From the NCBI GenBank assembly GCA_044440125.1, contig JBITAJ010000008.1:79956-143955 (forward strand): 64,000 bases of DNA, read 5' to 3'. Below, in pieces: positions 62,285 through 64,000 of the stretch (within the stretch, counting starts at the first letter, position 1; the number at the start of each line of letters is the position of its first letter). Origin of the DNA: Sedimentisphaeraceae bacterium JB056. GTDB taxonomy: Bacteria > Planctomycetota > Phycisphaerae > Sedimentisphaerales > Sedimentisphaeraceae. Both the position numbers and the translations under genes were made by a program. The notes below the pieces were generated by a model. The model was not told where the DNA came from, ran no database searches, and was given only the letters and a program-made list of their open reading frames with translations.

Positions 62285-64000
62285 ATGACGAGGATGTTTA
62301 GATTTTTAGTTTTTTTACTGGTTGTCTTCTTTTGCGGATTTGTTTTTGCTGATGGCCCATGTTATTATCGGATAACCGTTGATGGAGAATGTGAGTGTGA
62401 TTCTCCGATAGTTGAGGGATGCCCCGAAGGGGTTACGGGAGAGGGTATTTACAAGAAATATTCAAGTTCAGAAGTTCTTTATCCAATTCTCTCGGCGCTT
62501 GAGGAGAGTTGGGTATTTTTGCAGGATGGGACGATGTTTTCAATATACACCTGTGAAGAGCTTATTTTCTGCGAGGGTATTATTCAAAATCAGGGGCAAT
62601 ATGCCGACCCAAATTTCCTTGTATGCGGCAGCGGAGAAGGTTCTTTTGTGTTTGACGTCTACGGATATGACCCTAACACGGACCAGAATATACCTAAATA
62701 TGAAGTGACCGTTGAAGCTTTGTGCAGTTGTGAAGAATACATAAACGCTATAGGCAATTTTGGACCTGTAGATATAGAGAACAAAAATTATGCATGTGCC
62801 TGTGATTGTGCTACTGACCCTGCTTGCGGTGTTGAAGATGAGCTTGCCGATAATCAGGGAGATATAAAGCCTGACTCTGACGATTCAGGAGGACCTGAGC
62901 CAGGGATTAACGACCCCGTTTCACCAGCCAGCGGCAAGCTGTATTCGAGTATTACCGATATTACCCTGCCGGGACGTATGATGGATATAAATCTTACACG
63001 TACTTATCGCGGTGATATGGACGACCCGGGCTTTACGCATACTTTCTACAGTCCTGCGGCAGGACAGAAGATACTTATCGGCTCTAATTTCGTGATGGAC
63101 AGGCCCCAAGAGTATGATTTCCCTATAGCAGGTGATTTTTACAGCTCAACCGGAGGAACAGTGACTCATACATCGCTGGACTCCTATACTTATACATTTA
63201 TGCAGATAAATTCCGTTGACTGGGAATTTGATAATGACTGCTTCAACATTGATACCGGCGACCCTAACGACCCGAATAATACCGGCATTGTAACTTTCGA
63301 TGATTATGACAGCGGAGAAACGACCGTAACAACGCGTTACTGCGTCTACGGAACCAACGACCCTAACGGCGGCAATCCCTTGATATATTTCAACAGCCAT
63401 CCTGAAGGTGATATATCGACTGTGTACAGCAGAACGTTTGACTATGAGCTTGACGGCTATTCTTGCAGATTCGGCAACAAATGGGATCATAATTATAATA
63501 TCTTCCTCGATTTTGTCTTTGACCCTAACGAAGATGCACCAAAGAAATACGCCTTTGGCGCTGGTAACGGCAAGCGGCTTATGTTTGTGCAGGAACCCGA
63601 GACTCCGTTCGGCGAGAGTAGCGTTTATAGATGCCCGAGCGATACCAGTGAGATACTTTACAGCACTGAAAACGGCTTCCAGCTTCATCGAAAAGGCGGG
63701 ACTATTTACAAATTTGGCAGTGATCTGAAGATAAGTGCCATAGAAGATTTAAACGGCAACCAGATTACCTTTACATACAGCAATGGTAATCTCTATCAGG
63801 TGACCAATGATATCGGCAATTATATACGCTTCTATTATGATTCTCTGAATATGATAGATCATATTACCGATAACTTCGGAAGAACGTGGTATTATGACAG
63901 GGATTCTGATTTCGACCTTGTGAGTGTTACCAAGCCGATAACCGGAACATCTGGAAACATCACCAATACGTATACCTATGATGATGATCATAACCTGCTT
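62285..64000 (+). CDS. RHS/YD-repeat protein, 5' part only (signal peptide, Cys-rich domain, DUF6531-like domain, YD repeats); not in ORF track
   Basis: 572 codons open to the window end; GGGAG RBS; MTRMFRFLVFLLVVFFCGFVFA-D; DPVSPASG..D..LPG...L.RTY; FGNKWDHNY; I.D.NGN.I.F.Y, ITDNFGR.W.Y, YTYDDDHNL. Confidence 0.9.
   Translation, partial: MTRMFRFLVFLLVVFFCGFVFADGPCYYRITVDGECECDSPIVEGCPEGVTGEGIYKKYSSSEVLYPILSALEESWVFLQDGTMFSIYTCEELIFCEGIIQNQGQYADPNFLVCGSGEGSFVFDVYGYDPNTDQNIPKYEVTVEALCSCEEYINAIGNFGPVDIENKNYACACDCATDPACGVEDELADNQGDIKPDSDDSGGPEPGINDPVSPASGKLYSSITDITLPGRMMDINLTRTYRGDMDDPGFTHTFYSPAAGQKILIGSNFVMDRPQEYDFPIAGDFYSSTGGTVTHTSLDSYTYTFMQINSVDWEFDNDCFNIDTGDPNDPNNTGIVTFDDYDSGETTVTTRYCVYGTNDPNGGNPLIYFNSHPEGDISTVYSRTFDYELDGYSCRFGNKWDHNYNIFLDFVFDPNEDAPKKYAFGAGNGKRLMFVQEPETPFGESSVYRCPSDTSEILYSTENGFQLHRKGGTIYKFGSDLKISAIEDLNGNQITFTYSNGNLYQVTNDIGNYIRFYYDSLNMIDHITDNFGRTWYYDRDSDFDLVSVTKPITGTSGNITNTYTYDDDHNLL

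Noticed and set aside
61300..62900. Apparent shift to a G/T-rich plus strand, suggesting a replication origin or terminus
   Set aside because: No DnaA-box cluster or dif site seen, the bias fades within the RHS gene, and skew could not be computed
62006..63991. Track ORFs 62006-62203, 62412-62708, 62921-63109, 63146-63688, 63408-63728 and 63749-63991
   Set aside because: They are shadows of the structured leader or of the long RHS frame starting at 62285, with no recognisable motifs

Overview
Mostly housekeeping bacterial chromosome. The gene content suggests an anaerobic Planctomycetota/Phycisphaerae-like organism (inference: Zn-ribbon SpoVG, lpxD/lpxI, mreBCD, many sugar enzymes). It holds about 53 CDS (uvrA, lnt, mreBCD, ruvCA, rhaA, ispE, lpxDI, purQ, gap, uppS, purA, two pfk, hisI, GH51 and others) and three tRNAs (Pro-GGG, Leu-TAA, Pro-TGG). 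I saw no CRISPR array, integrase or transposase. Three plausible genes are missing from the ORF track: a 26-aa very basic peptide (7830-7910), a 49-aa membrane protein upstream of mreB (12920-13069), and the 5' part of a secreted RHS/YD-repeat protein that runs off the window (62285->64000). Best leads: (i) a ~180-nt switch-like RNA (multi-stem/kissing-loop fold versus terminator fold) in the leader of the RHS gene, whose product has a split DUF6531-like domain and six D-P-N motifs; (ii) a HEAT + Zn-phospholipase-C-like + Ig-repeat exoprotein; (iii) a glycosidase/GT4/AlkP-EEP/DedA module; (iv) a PIG-L/GATase-like/PPi-PFK/SIS operon that may be a non-canonical amino-sugar pathway. All calls come from reading motifs by eye; no database searches were run.
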